64,000 bases of DNA. It comes from Rebecca billardiae RCC1528 (taxonomy: Eukaryota > Protista > Haptophyta). Of this stretch, positions 22,299-34,007 are shown piece by piece. The position numbers were made by a program, and so were the translations under genes. The stretch lies in NCBI GenBank assembly GCA_965240325.2, contig OZ251241.1:620001-684000 (forward strand), read 5' to 3'. The notes beneath the pieces are model-generated. The model ran no database searches, was not told the origin of the DNA, and was given only the letters and a program-made list of their open reading frames with translations. The first letter of the stretch is position 1. Every line of letters begins with the position of its first letter.

Positions 22299-22873
22299 CG
22301 TGTGCGGTAACAGACCAACCCGGTGTGGATCCTGGCTGGTACGCACCCAGCCGCCTTGGCTCCCGGACTCCTGGCCTCCTGGTGTGGATCCCGGTCCCGT
22401 TAGGGATTGCTATTGTGGATCCGGTCCGATACGCGACTCGCAGATGATTGACGTTTGTACTGATGTTGATTATGAATACTAGGGCCGTTCAGGAGTTGGT
22501 GAGCAATTGGTTCTGATCGTCCACTCAACTTTTCGTCAAACGTTCTTTTCGGCTGTAACTGGAGATGGCTGAAAAGGCGCGCGGAGGCGGGATAAACACC
22601 GATCGACCCGATAACACCATATGATCTCCAGGCCCTCCTACCGTGCGCGGCTTCAATCTCCCTATCCGCCCATCATTCAATTTAGGGACTCTTCATACGT
22701 ACTAAATTCTATGATTTAAAGACTCTACATACTCATCAAGACGCTGAATATTATATCTTTATCCATTTGGTTTCGGCCTATCCATACCGCTGTACGGTAC
22801 GCGACGGTTCGCCGAGCCCGGCCGAGGCCTCCGATCCCGAACTGGCCCAATTAACGAGCTCATCTAGCTGTGG

Positions 22874-23296
22874 CTTCAATCAACCGCTAACTTCTCCGAA
22901 GTTTGCGACGAACGGACGAATTCTATGATTTAAAGACACAGGCACGAGGGCGCAGCTCTCCTGATTCGTCTGTCGAAGTACTGAATGGAGTTAATGGAGG
23001 ATGTCGGAGCGCGTTGGCCGCGGGTGAGGGAGTCGTCGTAACCGATGCTGATCACACGGTCACTGAGGTAGTAGGCGCCCGGGGATGCCGCTGTTTTGCA
23101 GTCGTCGTCGGCCTTGGTCATCATGTAGTTGCCCGTGTCGTCGTCGTCCGAGGCTGTTCAAGTTGATGCCGTAGTGCAGGTAGTGGATGTGGTCGCCCGG
23201 GCCGGTGTGGTGCCTGCTTGCTCATCTCCAATTTTTAAGCCAGCAGGCACCCGTCCGTTCGTCGCAAACTTCGGAGAAGTTAGCGGTTGATTGAAG
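22874..23296. mobile_element. 423-bp MITE with perfect 45-bp TIRs
   Basis: CTTCAATCAACCGCTAACTTCTCCGAAGTTTGCGACGAACGGACG (22874-22918) is the exact reverse complement of 23252-23296; flanks CTGTGG / TTGTGG. Confidence 0.8.
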
Positions 23297-23408
23297 TTGT
23301 GGTCAGGCGGGAGTGCTGTGAGGACAGCAGTCCTCCCGAGCCCCTCACGCACTCGGCCATCCACCCGGCCCGTGCCGTCGAAGCTCGGCTGTCACGCCCG
23401 ATCGGTCC

Positions 23409-25767
23409 ATGTCGGACGGGAAGAAAGCAGAGGCGTCGCAGGCGACGCCTCCCCAACCCTTGCACGTCGCCCACATCATGCCCGACGACATTGAGCCCGC
23501 TGCGGACGCTGCGCACATCCGCGCGCGCCTCGAGGAATCGCGCCGCGACTCGGGCAAGTTCTTCTGGCGTGTCCAAGTGCCGCTCATGGCGATCGCGGGC
23601 ACGCTGTGCTCGTCGGCGCTGCTGGCCCTCGCCGTGCTGCTCGCGCAAGGTGCGACGCCCCGAACGGCCGTCTTTGTCGCGCTCGCCATCTGGCCTGTAG
23701 GCGTCGTGACGATGATCTTCATGCTCAACCCGCCCATGGCGCGGCCGCTCGCGTGGCTGTACATCGGCGGGGGGCTCTTCCTCGCGGTGGTCTTCTCCTA
23801 CCTGCTCGCCCTGCAGCTGCTCGAGCTCAACCGCGTGCTCAGCGCTCGGCGCGCAGGCGAGCCGGCGTCGTGCGAGGCTGGCGACGGCGTGCCGATCGAC
23901 TGCCGCTTCACCGGCCTCGCGAGCGCGGGCACCGTGCTCTTCATCTGTGGCGGCCTCGTGTTCATCCCGAGCATCTGGCGCAAGATGCGCGACGGCACGC
24001 GCCCGCCCGAGCTGCTGCGCGAGGAGGTGGTGGGCGGCGGCCAGTGCACGTTTGCGTACTCGCTCGGCTTCTTCCTCCGCATCGCGGCCGAGGTCGCGTT
24101 CGGCACGCCCGGCGTGACGCACAACACCGTCGAGATCGTCGCGATGAGCCTCTCGATGTGCGAGTGCTACGCCGCCGCGGTCGTGCTCGGCCTCTTTCCC
24201 TCCATGCACGAGCGCGTGCAGGACATGCTCGTCGCGCGCGGCGCCGTGTTTGGCACCGCGACCGGCATCGCCGCGCTGATGCAGGGCCGCGAGCCGGAGG
24301 ACGTGCACGCCCTCGCTCTCTCGCGCTTCCGCGCCGTGCGCGCCAAGGACGTGACGCTCGAGGCGTTCGCGTCCAACACGTCCGATGCGACCCTGCACGA
24401 GAAGACCATCCCCTGCGTCCCCGGGCGCGTCGACGCGTTCGTCAGCCACTCGTGCGCGCCGCGCGCCGCTCGCCGCGCGCCGCGCGTGCGCCGCGCGCCG
24501 TGCTCGCGCCGCGCGCGCTCGCCCCGTCTCACGTGACCCCTCGCCGCGCGCACGCGCCCGCCCCACGCACTCGGCCCCGCAGCTGGTGGGACGACCCCAA
24601 GGCCAAGTTTGACGCGCTGCAGGCGTGGCGCACGCGCTTCCGCCAGACCTTCAGGCGCGAGCCGCTTGTGTGGCTGGTGCGCGCGCCGCCGGGCTGCCGC
24701 GTGCCGCGCAGGCGGCGCCTGCGGCGGCGCGCGCGCCACCGGATCGCGCCCGCCGCGCATGCGCGGGCTGCTCACGCCGTGCTTTGCCGCGCCTCCGCGC
24801 CTCCGCGCGCCGCTCGCAGGACAAGTACTGCATCGAGCAGAGCGACTCTGGCATCGCGGACGGTCTCGTGTGCCTGCCGGTGTTCCTCTCGGGCTGCAAC
24901 GAGCTGCTCATCCTGTGCGGCTCGACGTGGGTGTTCCGGCTCTGGCCGGTGGTCGAGGTGTGCTGCTGGGCGCAGATGCGCGGCGCGTCGCAGCGCTGGC
25001 ACGACGGCATCGAGCTGATCGAGCTCGAGCGCAAGCCCGGGCCCGCCGCCGCGCCGGGCGGCGGCTCAATGCGCCACGCGGGCTCGGCGCGAAGCGGCTC
25101 GATGCGCAGCTCGTCGGGCAGAGGGCCGCTCGGCTCGGGCGCGGGCGTCGTGTCCGACTCTGTGCTGACGATCCTGCAGCAGCAGCACGCCACCCCGAGC
25201 CGGCCCCGGCGGGGGATGCGCGCGTTCGCCGAGCACGCGACGAATGCGGAGGGCGGCGCGCAGGCCCGCGACCCGGAGGGCGGCGCGGCGAGCCTCGACG
25301 AGCAGCTCGCCGCCTTCGACGTGCGCGATGCGTCCTCCTCGCTCGCCGCCGACTACGAGAGGCTGATCGCCGTGATCGAGGCGATCTCGGGCGACCTCGA
25401 CGCGTTCAACCAGGTGCTGAGCTCCGGGCTGCGCGTGGCACTCGATCGCTCGCGGGCTGGCTCGGGCCCAGCGCCCCCCTCGCTGCGCACTCAGTTCACG
25501 CCAACCCATGCCAGCCTGGACCTGCCGAACTTGAAGCACAAGCTGATGAACTTCAGCCTGAGGAGCTCGGGCTCGGGCTCGAAGATCGTGCCCAGCGCCG
25601 CTGGTGAGAACGACGGCATGGATCGCCACAGCCGAGCTCGCTGCCACACCGATGACGGCCTCTCGCCTGCCCTTCCGGGCCGTGTCGGTGCCGCCGACAA
25701 GAGCGAGGACTCGGGACCGTCGCCGTCCGCGTGCACCCGCTGCTCGCCGCAGCGCACGACCTTCTGA
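23409..25767 (+). CDS. multi-TM protein with C-terminal TIR-like domain
   Basis: 5-6 hydrophobic helices, then DAFVSHSWWDD...LVWLDKYCIEQ...LPVFLSGCNELLILCGSTWVFRLWPVVE after removing introns 24452-24582 and 24677-24819. Confidence 0.75.
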
Positions 25768-28579
25768 GTCTCAGTCAACACGTCTCACGACTCCTGGTCT
25801 ACATCCAGTCCGTCCGCGACTGGCGTCGCTGCTGACGCTCCGGCGACTCTCCGACTCTCCGACTCGCCCCGGTCCGACTCCGATCGCGGGGACTCTGCGA
25901 ACTCAGCGAACGACTCAACTGGTGCGATCGTCGGCGGCGACTCTGTCTGCCGTGGCTCCGGCGTGCACGGGCGCTGGCAGCAGGTAGCCAGGATTGAGCC
26001 TTGCATGTACAGTACAGTATCATAGACAGCTCTCGATCGTCATCATGTAGTCATCATCGCATATCGCAATAATTTAGGGCGGGCCAAAGTGGCACTGTGA
26101 CGTGACTGACGGCCGTACGAGCGCTGGTCCTAGCGAGTGTTTAGCGCTGAATTGGGGCTGGATCATATGCCCTCTGGAGGGGTCTGGGCCAGCCAAGTAA
26201 AAACATCAGGTGTACATACCCTGAATATAGGGCGTAACGGCTAGCATATTTACTTATTAGAATGAGCCTGAACTTATTGGAAACGGCATGTAACGGCTGT
26301 CGTATATGTGACATATAGACCATGTCGACTTCACTTTGATAGAGCATCTCGGCGAGATCGTTCTGAGTCCCCAGCAGCAGCAGGTCCCAACATGCGATAT
26401 AGGCTGTGTACTGGCAGGCTGTCAAACACGTAGTTTCCAGGAAGCCACTGGTCGTTACATACCCACCGTGTATATAGACGCCATGCTGATGAATACAGTC
26501 TCGTCTGATCTCGAGCCGCGAGATACGTTTTCAGACTGTGTATACGGCCATGCGTACGGCGTATTGCAGATATAGTAGACCCGAGGCACCGGCCCCATGT
26601 CCTCAGCCCGGGAGTACTCTCGGGCATAATCAAGGTTTAAAGTCACTCGAGCCAACCGTCACCGCTCCATGGCCGAGACCTACGAGGCAGGTCAAATCTG
26701 TCGTCGTTGCAGTGCGGCGCAGTGCCGAGCATGCGATTCGGCAGCAAACGCCTGCTCCAGGTGGTGGCTGGCGTCTCTGCACCAAACCAGGCCGGATGGG
26801 ATCGGTCCATATATGTACGCCCTACCCTTTTCCGCGCTATTTCTGGGCGTTGGGGCGGATATTCGGCCTACAGAGGCTGATCCGGCGCTGTTCGGCGCTC
26901 CTGTCTGGCTGCGCGGAGCCGAATGGCAAGCGCCGGCGTGTGCAAGGTGTCAAGATTGAGACGGTCTCTGACGCTCCCGCCGGTCTTGGGCGCACCAGGG
27001 TGCATTGAGGCCCATCTGCGTCTGCTTCTGCAGGCATGCGCGTCACAGGGGCGCGCTTGTAGGCACGGTCGAGTGCACATCGGACCTGTCGAATGAGCCA
27101 TCCGCTGCCTGCGAGCACGTCCGCGACGTCCTGAGAGGCGAATGGGAGGCGCCCCGACGCCATCTGGGGGCACGCGTGACCCATACCCAACGTGCTGACC
27201 ATCGCAAGTGCCACGGCAGGTGCAAACACGGGCCCTACGAGCGGAACATGACAGTTGCGGGCTGCGCGGAGGTGTTGCGCGCGAGCTCGCGCCGGTCTGC
27301 TGACGGCGATTCCGGCGCAGCAGGGCAGGTTAGGCGAGCTGGGCATCCACGGATACACATGCACACTTGGGGCGAGCATCGATCTCGCCGGGGCGAGTTG
27401 ATCTTGAGCCACAAGGAGGGGTAGCGTGACGGGCGTACGCAGCGCAGCAATTCAAGCCGGCCGACGCGCGCCGCGCACGGCGCGAGGTGGCCAAGAACCG
27501 GGTGGTGAGCCGCTGGTGGCGCAAAGACAAGGGTCAGAAGCGCCCACCAGCGTCACGCGCGCGCGCTCCCGAGACCATCTCGGCGTATCATGGGACGCGA
27601 GCGCGCGGCGGTCCACTGCCTCCGGCCGCTCATGCTCGAGCGGAACCGAGCTCTGAGCGTCCGAAGGCGTCGGAGCTCGATTTTCGAGCGGGGTCCATAA
27701 CCGCGCGCGTCGCGCTCCGCCTTATGGCGGTCCGGTGTTTACGTTGGGCGGCTGCCTAGCTTGCCTGGGGCCGCCAGACGTCACGGGGGGCCGGGCGGCG
27801 AGACAGCGCCCGCCCCCACGCGGACGCTGACTCAAGCCGCACCCTGCCCCGGCGCGGCGATCCAACGCCGAGGGAGGGCGGGCGGGAGGCGGAGGAGCGC
27901 AGCTGGTTGTCCGTGCGGCTGCTCGGCGCCAAGCGTGGCCCGTCGGCTGGGTTTGGTAGTCGGGCGGCGGTCCGGTCGGCGGTCGGGCAGGGCGAGGTGC
28001 GCCGTGCGGTCGGGCGGGAAAGCGGACGGCTGCTGGGCGAAACTCGCTCCTGTTCGCCAAAGCCGGTCACTGCCCGTCAACTCCCGGCGCGCGCTCACTT
28101 TTCTGCGGTCCGCGCCAAAAGCGAGCTGCCACACGCTCGGAACGCTGTCCGGGGGCGCGCTGCGAGCTCCGAGCTCCGAGCCCGTCCGGGCGGGGGTGCG
28201 GTCGGAGGGGCGCTGGAGGAGGGTATCGGGCGGCGGCGAAGCGGCGCCGGCAGTCATAACGCGATAACCGCCGCAGACTGCCAAACCCGCCACTCCCGTC
28301 GCGTCGGCCATCGCCCCATAACCGCGCGCGTCGCGCTCCGCCTTATGGCGGTCCGGTGTTTACGTTGGGCGGCTGCCTAGCTTGCCTGGGGCCGCCAGAC
28401 GTCACGGGGGGCCGGGCGGCGAGACAGCGCCCGCCCACAGGGGCGCAGCGCCAGGCGCCACGCCGGCATGGGCGGCGTCGGCCGGCGCGGTCGAGGCCAG
28501 GCCCGGCCCCGACCCCCAGAGACGCTGCGCCCGGCCACGCCCCGACGCACGCCGTCAGCGCCAAGCGCGTGCCGTCGGG

Positions 28580-29068
28580 CGGGGCAGCTCCCGGGAAGTA
28601 CGTGCGGGGCGCAGGCCCCGCCCACCGCCCCGCAGCGGTGATCTCGGCCGCGGGAAGCCCCAGGAACGGCCAGCGTCGCCACGGCCGAGCGTCGAACCGA
28701 GTTGGCGCCAACACACGTTGTGGGAGCCCCAGCGCCCGACACTCATCGTGCAGCCACGCCAGATACGCCGCGCGAAAGCCTCGCACGCGCGCCAACCCGC
28801 CCGGTGTCGGCCGTCGACGGCGGGCAGCACCCCGAGCTCCGCGAAGCGACGTCCAGCCAGCGTGCGTAGCCCTGAATCGCCATGCGCCCCTTGGACCTTG
28901 GACGCGAAGGGCGAAGCGCCGAAGCCCGCTGTCCGGCTGTGGCAAACCGCCGGGCCGCCTGCGCTGTGGGAGCGATGGCGGCCGGTGGAAGCGGCGGGGA
29001 GTAGGCGACGCACGCCGCGCGAACGAGGACGGTCGCGCGGCACGCGAGCGACGGCGGACGCGCCGCGG
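28580..29068 (-). pseudogene. tyrosine recombinase C-terminal half, frameshifted
   Basis: Across frames: RSKGRMAIQG, FRAAYLAWLHDECRALGLP, GANSVRRSAVATLA (HSxR box with N for H), GLPAAEITAAGRWAGPAPRTY (GRW...Y at 28598-28624). Boundaries approximate. Confidence 0.65.
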
Positions 29069-29850
29069 ATGATCGGCGCGCACGCATGACGATCGGCGCA
29101 TGATGATCGGCGCGCGCGCATGATCGGCGCATGATGATCGGCGCGCGCGCATGATGATCGGCGCGCGCGCATGATGATCGGCGCGCGCGCATGATGATCG
29201 GCGCATGATGATCGGCGCGGGCGCATGATCGGCGCATGATCGGCGCATGATGATCGGCGCGCGCGCGTGATCGGCGCATGATGATCGGCGCGGGCGCATG
29301 ATCGGCGCATGATCGGCGCGTGATGATCGGCGCGCGCGCATGATCGGCGCATGATCGGCGCATGATGATCGGCGCGGGCGCATGATCGGCGCATGATCGG
29401 CGCATGATCGGCGCATGATCGGCGCATGATCGGCGCATGATGATCGGCGCGCGCGCATGATCGGCGCATGATGATCGGCGCGGGCGCATGATCGGCGCAT
29501 GATCGGCGCATGATCGGCGCATGATGATCGGCGCGCGCGCATGATCGGCGCATGATGATCGGCGCGGGCGCATGATCGGCGCATGATCGGCGCATGATCG
29601 GCGCATGATCGGCGCATGATCGGCGCATGATGATCGGCGCGCGCGCATGATCGGCGCATGATGATCGGCGCGCGCGCATGATGATCGGCGCATGACGATC
29701 GGCGCGCGCGCATGATCGGCGCAAGATGACCGGCGCGCGCGCATGATGATCGGCGCGCGCGCATGATGATCGGCGTGCGCGCGTGATGATCGGCGCGCGC
29801 GCATGATGCTCGGCGCATGTTGACCGGCGCGCGCGCATGATGAGCGGCGC
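29069..29850. repeat. minisatellite of ATGATCGGCGC / ATGATGATCGGCGCGCGCGC units
   Basis: ~780 bp of 11- and 20-nt units inside the retrotransposon. Confidence 0.95.
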
Positions 29851-30061
29851 GGACGGTGGCGCGCGGCGCCGCCACCCGCCGCCGCGGCGTCGAAGGCAGC
29901 AGCAGCGAACGCCGATGGTTCTTGGCTGGGCCAGGCGAGCATGCCGGGGGCACGCAGCAGGCGTGCACGATCGGCACTAGCAGGGTCAAGGGGCAGGTCG
30001 GCCGGCTGAGTCAGCACTGCTGACCCGCCCCGCTGGCTGCTGAGCGGCGGCGACCGGGCGT

Positions 30062-31789
30062 TCAGGGCAGGCCGTGCTGATCGCCGGCCGCCGCGAAGGA
30101 CGCGGCGGCCTCATCCCGGAGCTCGGGCCAGTACTCGGGAAGCACCGCGCGGCCGCGGCTGATTGCGTCCGCCACCCGATTGCGCGCCCCAGGCACATGC
30201 TTGCAGAGCAGCGTGCTGGATGTCTCCGCCGCGAGCAGGGCGAGGTCTTGCAGCAGGCAGTTGAGCACCGGTCGGTGGGGCACAGACATGCGCGACAGCC
30301 ACGCCACGGATGCAGAGTTATCACACAGTAAGAGGAGGTGCACAGCGGAGCGGCCGGCGAGCCAGCGCAAGCCGGCGAGCAGGACGCACAAGCACTCGAG
30401 CTCGTTGATGTCCCACGCCTCGCCGGCCGGCACGAAGGCGCGCAGGTCCCACGCGGCGACATGGCCCGCCGACGACGCCGCCCCACCGCGCCCCGTGGAG
30501 AGGGCGGCGTCCGTGGCCACCGCCAGCCGCTCCGAGGGTCGCACGTACAGCTGCCGCCGACACGAGCCCCGCTCGAGCAGCCGCGCGAAGAAAGCGCACT
30601 CGCGCGGCAGCAGCACCCCCAGGGGCGCCACGAGGGTGCCGGACGCAGCGAACGCATCGTGCCGCGCATAGAGGAGGTCGAGGAAGGGGCGGATGAACGG
30701 GCGAACCGCGGGCTGTATCCGAGCGATCCAGCCGAGCTTGCCGATGAGCGAGCTGAGCTCCGGGCGCGTCACGCGGCTGCCGAGCAGCGTGAGCAGCGCC
30801 GGGAACCACTTGGCGCGCTTCCGCTCGGGTAGAGACACCGAGCCCTGGACCGCGTCAATGACGACGCCAAGCAGCTCGATGTGCTGGCATGCGGGCACGA
30901 TCTTGGTCGGCTTGGCCGACGGCGGCAGACCCGCGGCGCGCAGCGTCGAGCAGTAGAGCTGGAATGCCCGATCGAGGTCCCCCCGGTGCGAGCTCCACCC
31001 GAAACCGTCATCGACAAAATTCTTGAGCTTGAAGCGCAGCTCCCCCGACCAGCGCGCCACGAACGCGTGCCGCAGCAGATCTGAGAGCCGGCAAAACAGG
31101 AACGGCGCGGACGCGGCGCCGAAGGGGAGCGAGGTGTACACGTAGTAGGCGCCCTCCCACCAAATGCAGAGCAGCCACAGATCCTCCGGGCGCACGGCGA
31201 CGCGCGTGTATGCCGCGTCGATGTCCACCTTGAAGATCCAGGTGCCGGGGGTCAGATCGGCCAGGAGCTCGTCCAGCGACTCAAAGGTGAACCGCGGCGC
31301 GCGGATGTCGGCGTTCACGCCCGAGGCCGTCATGTCCACGATGAGGCGGAAGTCGTCCTCGTCCTTCGGTACGCAACCGAGCGGCGACACCGCCACTGGC
31401 CGCGGCAGGGGCCGGCCGCCGCGCGCCGGCCCCGCCAGCACGCCCGATGACACATACTCGGCGAGCCGCGCGCGCACAAACTCGGGCTGCGCCAGCGAGG
31501 AACGGTGGTTGGGACGGAACCGCGACACGCGCGCGCCGCGGTAGAGCAGATCGACGCCGTCACGCAGCTCCACGGACAGGTCAACGCCGGTGAAGGCATG
31601 GATGAAGGACGCCAGCGCCACGTAGTTGCGCTGCATGGCGTTGGGCACGAGACTGTGTGCGAGGTCAGCGCGCAGGCCGGTGCGCGCGACCATCTCGGCG
31701 GAGGTGATGGGCGGGCGAGTCATAGCGAGCGGCGCGCCGCGGAACGCGGCGGGCACCGACAGGGGATCTCGTCGCGCGCCCACCGCCTC
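30062..31789 (-). CDS. pol: reverse transcriptase / RNase H (DIRS-type pol)
   Basis: VPKDEDDFRLIVD, FKVDIDAAY, LPFGAASAP, FVDD; RNase H TDA, INELE, CDN, HVPGARNRVADAISR. Frame is open up to the gag stop; first ATG at 31723. Confidence 0.92.
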   Translation of the reverse strand, partial: EAVGARRDPLSVPAAFRGAPLAMTRPPITSAEMVARTGLRADLAHSLVPNAMQRNYVALASFIHAFTGVDLSVELRDGVDLLYRGARVSRFRPNHRSSLAQPEFVRARLAEYVSSGVLAGPARGGRPLPRPVAVSPLGCVPKDEDDFRLIVDMTASGVNADIRAPRFTFESLDELLADLTPGTWIFKVDIDAAYTRVAVRPEDLWLLCIWWEGAYYVYTSLPFGAASAPFLFCRLSDLLRHAFVARWSGELRFKLKNFVDDGFGWSSHRGDLDRAFQLYCSTLRAAGLPPSAKPTKIVPACQHIELLGVVIDAVQGSVSLPERKRAKWFPALLTLLGSRVTRPELSSLIGKLGWIARIQPAVRPFIRPFLDLLYARHDAFAASGTLVAPLGVLLPRECAFFARLLERGSCRRQLYVRPSERLAVATDAALSTGRGGAASSAGHVAAWDLRAFVPAGEAWDINELECLCVLLAGLRWLAGRSAVHLLLLCDNSASVAWLSRMSVPHRPVLNCLLQDLALLAAETSSTLLCKHVPGARNRVADAISRGRAVLPEYWPELRDEAAASFAAAGDQHGLP

Positions 31790-34007
31790 CTAGACGCGGC
31801 CCACGCCCGTGTGCTGCTGCACGTGCGCTGTCTCGGCGTGCGCGCCGGCCAAGTGGCCAAGGCTCCCGCACAGAGCGCACTTGGTGGCGTGCGCGAGCGT
31901 GAAGTTGTGCTGCATCTGCGCAGACGGTTGGCCGCCGGCCGACCGGTACGCGGCGAACAGCGGGCACGCCGCCGCGGAGCAGTCGCCGAATAGCTGGTGC
32001 CGTAGGCAGCCGTGCGCGCGGAAGACGCGGTGGTTGGCCTCCGAGAGCAGGGGCCGCCCGCTCGTGTCGCACACACCCCCGTACCGCGCCAGCTCGCGCG
32101 CCAGCGTCAGCGGCGGCACGCCCCCCGCAGAGGCGGCGCCCGGGAACGGTTGCGGCAGCGTCCGCGGCGGCCCGCCTGGCGGCGGGGGCGGCGGGCCGGG
32201 AGGCGGCGCCTGCGGCCCCGGCGGGTACGGCGCCGGTGTGTACGGCGCCGGCCCGGGCGCCCAGGCCGAACCCGCCGGCGGCACGTACGTGAGCGCGAGC
32301 GGCGCGGGCCCGGGCTGCGCCCCCTGTACCGGCGGCGCCGGCGGGGCCGGCGCTGCCGCCTGCAGCCCCTGCGGGTACGGCGCCGGCGGGCACAGCGCCG
32401 GACGGGGCGCCCAGGACGATCCTGCCGAGGGTGCGCACGTGAACGAGAGCGGCACGGGCCCGTGCGGCGCCACCTGCATCGGCGCCGACCACGACCAGCA
32501 GCCCCACTCCGCTGCGCCGGGCGCCGCCCCGCCAAAGCCGGGCGACAGGTCCTGCACCATCAGCGACGGCGGCGGCGGCGGAATCGGCATGCTCCCACCG
32601 TAGACGCGCATCAGCGGGCGCATGGCAAACTTGTCATGGAAGGGGTTGTCGTTCTTGTAGCAGTCGAAGAACGGCTCCCGCCCGCCACCGATGCTCGCCA
32701 CCAGCGCCGCCACGCCCGAGCGCGCGTCGAGCACCCGCCCGAGGCTCTCCGAGAATTCAGAGTGGAACTGTGCCGCCGCCCGCCAGTCGCGCGCCTCAGC
32801 GAGCTGCATCACGAAGCCCCTGTACTCGCGCAGCACCTCGGCGTCACCCGCGCGCGTGCAGAAGCCCTCGGCCTGCTCGACGAGCAGTATGAAGTGGAGC
32901 TGGCTGAGGAGCTGGTAGGCCTCGCGCAGCTCGCCCTTCGTGTTGAAGTAGACGCTTCGATCGACCTGCGCGTGCGGCACCTCAGCCATGTTGAAGGACT
33001 CCCAGACGACCGAACCCGCCGCGTTCGCCGGCACGCCCAAGCCGCGCCGCATGGACGAAAACGCCCCGCGAGCCGGGAAGCTCGGCCTCCCCCCCCCGGT
33101 CCCACGGAGTTGGCCGCCCGCGCCGCCCGCGAGCGCGCAAGCGTTCGCGAACTCGTGCGCGGCCCCCGCAAGGAAGCCAGCCCCACCGAAGGGGACGGGA
33201 TGCGGCACGAGCGAGCTGGGCGGGGCGAGGGGCGCCGCCGCGTCCGGCGCCGGCCGGACGCCCCAGGGCGGCGGCCGCGGCGGCGGGACAGAGGTGGGCC
33301 CCGTCGGTGCGCCGTCGGCGGGCGGCGCGCCCGAGTGGCCACCGACCGCCCCATCACCCGCACCGTTGCCGTGGACGCCGCGAAGGAAGTCAGTGAGGCT
33401 GTTCGCGAGGTCGGGTGGTAGGCCAGTCGGAATGCCCGGCTGGCCAGCGGGCGCGGCCGGGGGGGCGGGTGCCTGCGGCTGCGCAGCAGCCGCCGTCGAC
33501 GCGGCGCCGGCCGCTCGCCCGGGCGCGGGCGCGGGAGCAGCCCCCGCCGTCGTCCTGGCACCGGCCGCCGGCGCGGTCGCGGGCGGCGGCTGGACCGGCA
33601 GCGGGCCGAGCTGCTGCACCGGCGCGGCAGGCGGCAGGGTACTTGCTTGGCGGCCACCCGCGCGCCCACCCCGGCCCCGACCGCGGCCCCCGCCGCCGCG
33701 CCCACGAGCGCCGAGGACCTGCTGGTTGACGACGCGGCAGGCGGCAGGGTACTTGCTTGGCGGCCACCCGCGCGCCCACCCCGGCCCCGACCGCGGCCCC
33801 CGCCGCCGCGCCCACGAGCGCCGAGGACCTGCTGGTTGACGACGCGGCAGGCGGCAGGGTACTTGCTTGGCGGCCACCCGCGCGCCCACCCCGGCCCCGA
33901 CCGCGGCCCCCGCCGCCGCGCCCACGAGCGCCGAGGACCTGCTGGTTGACGACGGCCGCTGCCGCCGCGCGGCGCCGCGACACGCGTTGGACTGCAGGCA
34001 CCGCCAT
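31790..34007 (-). CDS. gag: Gag-like protein (frame from ATG 34007 broken by a 110-bp triplication)
   Basis: Pro/Gly-rich with helical core and C-terminal Cys/His knuckles (CLRHQLFGDCSAAAC; CALCGSLGHLAGAH); removing two repeat units (220 bp) gives 1998 nt = 666 codons from ATG 34007 to TAG 31790. Confidence 0.7.
33623..33954. repeat. 3 x 110-bp perfect tandem repeat in gag
   Basis: Units start at 33623, 33733, 33843. Confidence 0.95.

Noticed and set aside
22482-22638. TA|GGGCC...GGCCCTCC|TA as another MITE
   Set aside because: IR is short and offset; single copy in the window.
28343-30017. Long ORFs of ADHHAPIMRRSC repeats
   Set aside because: Translation of the minisatellite; open in three frames only because the units lack stops on that strand.
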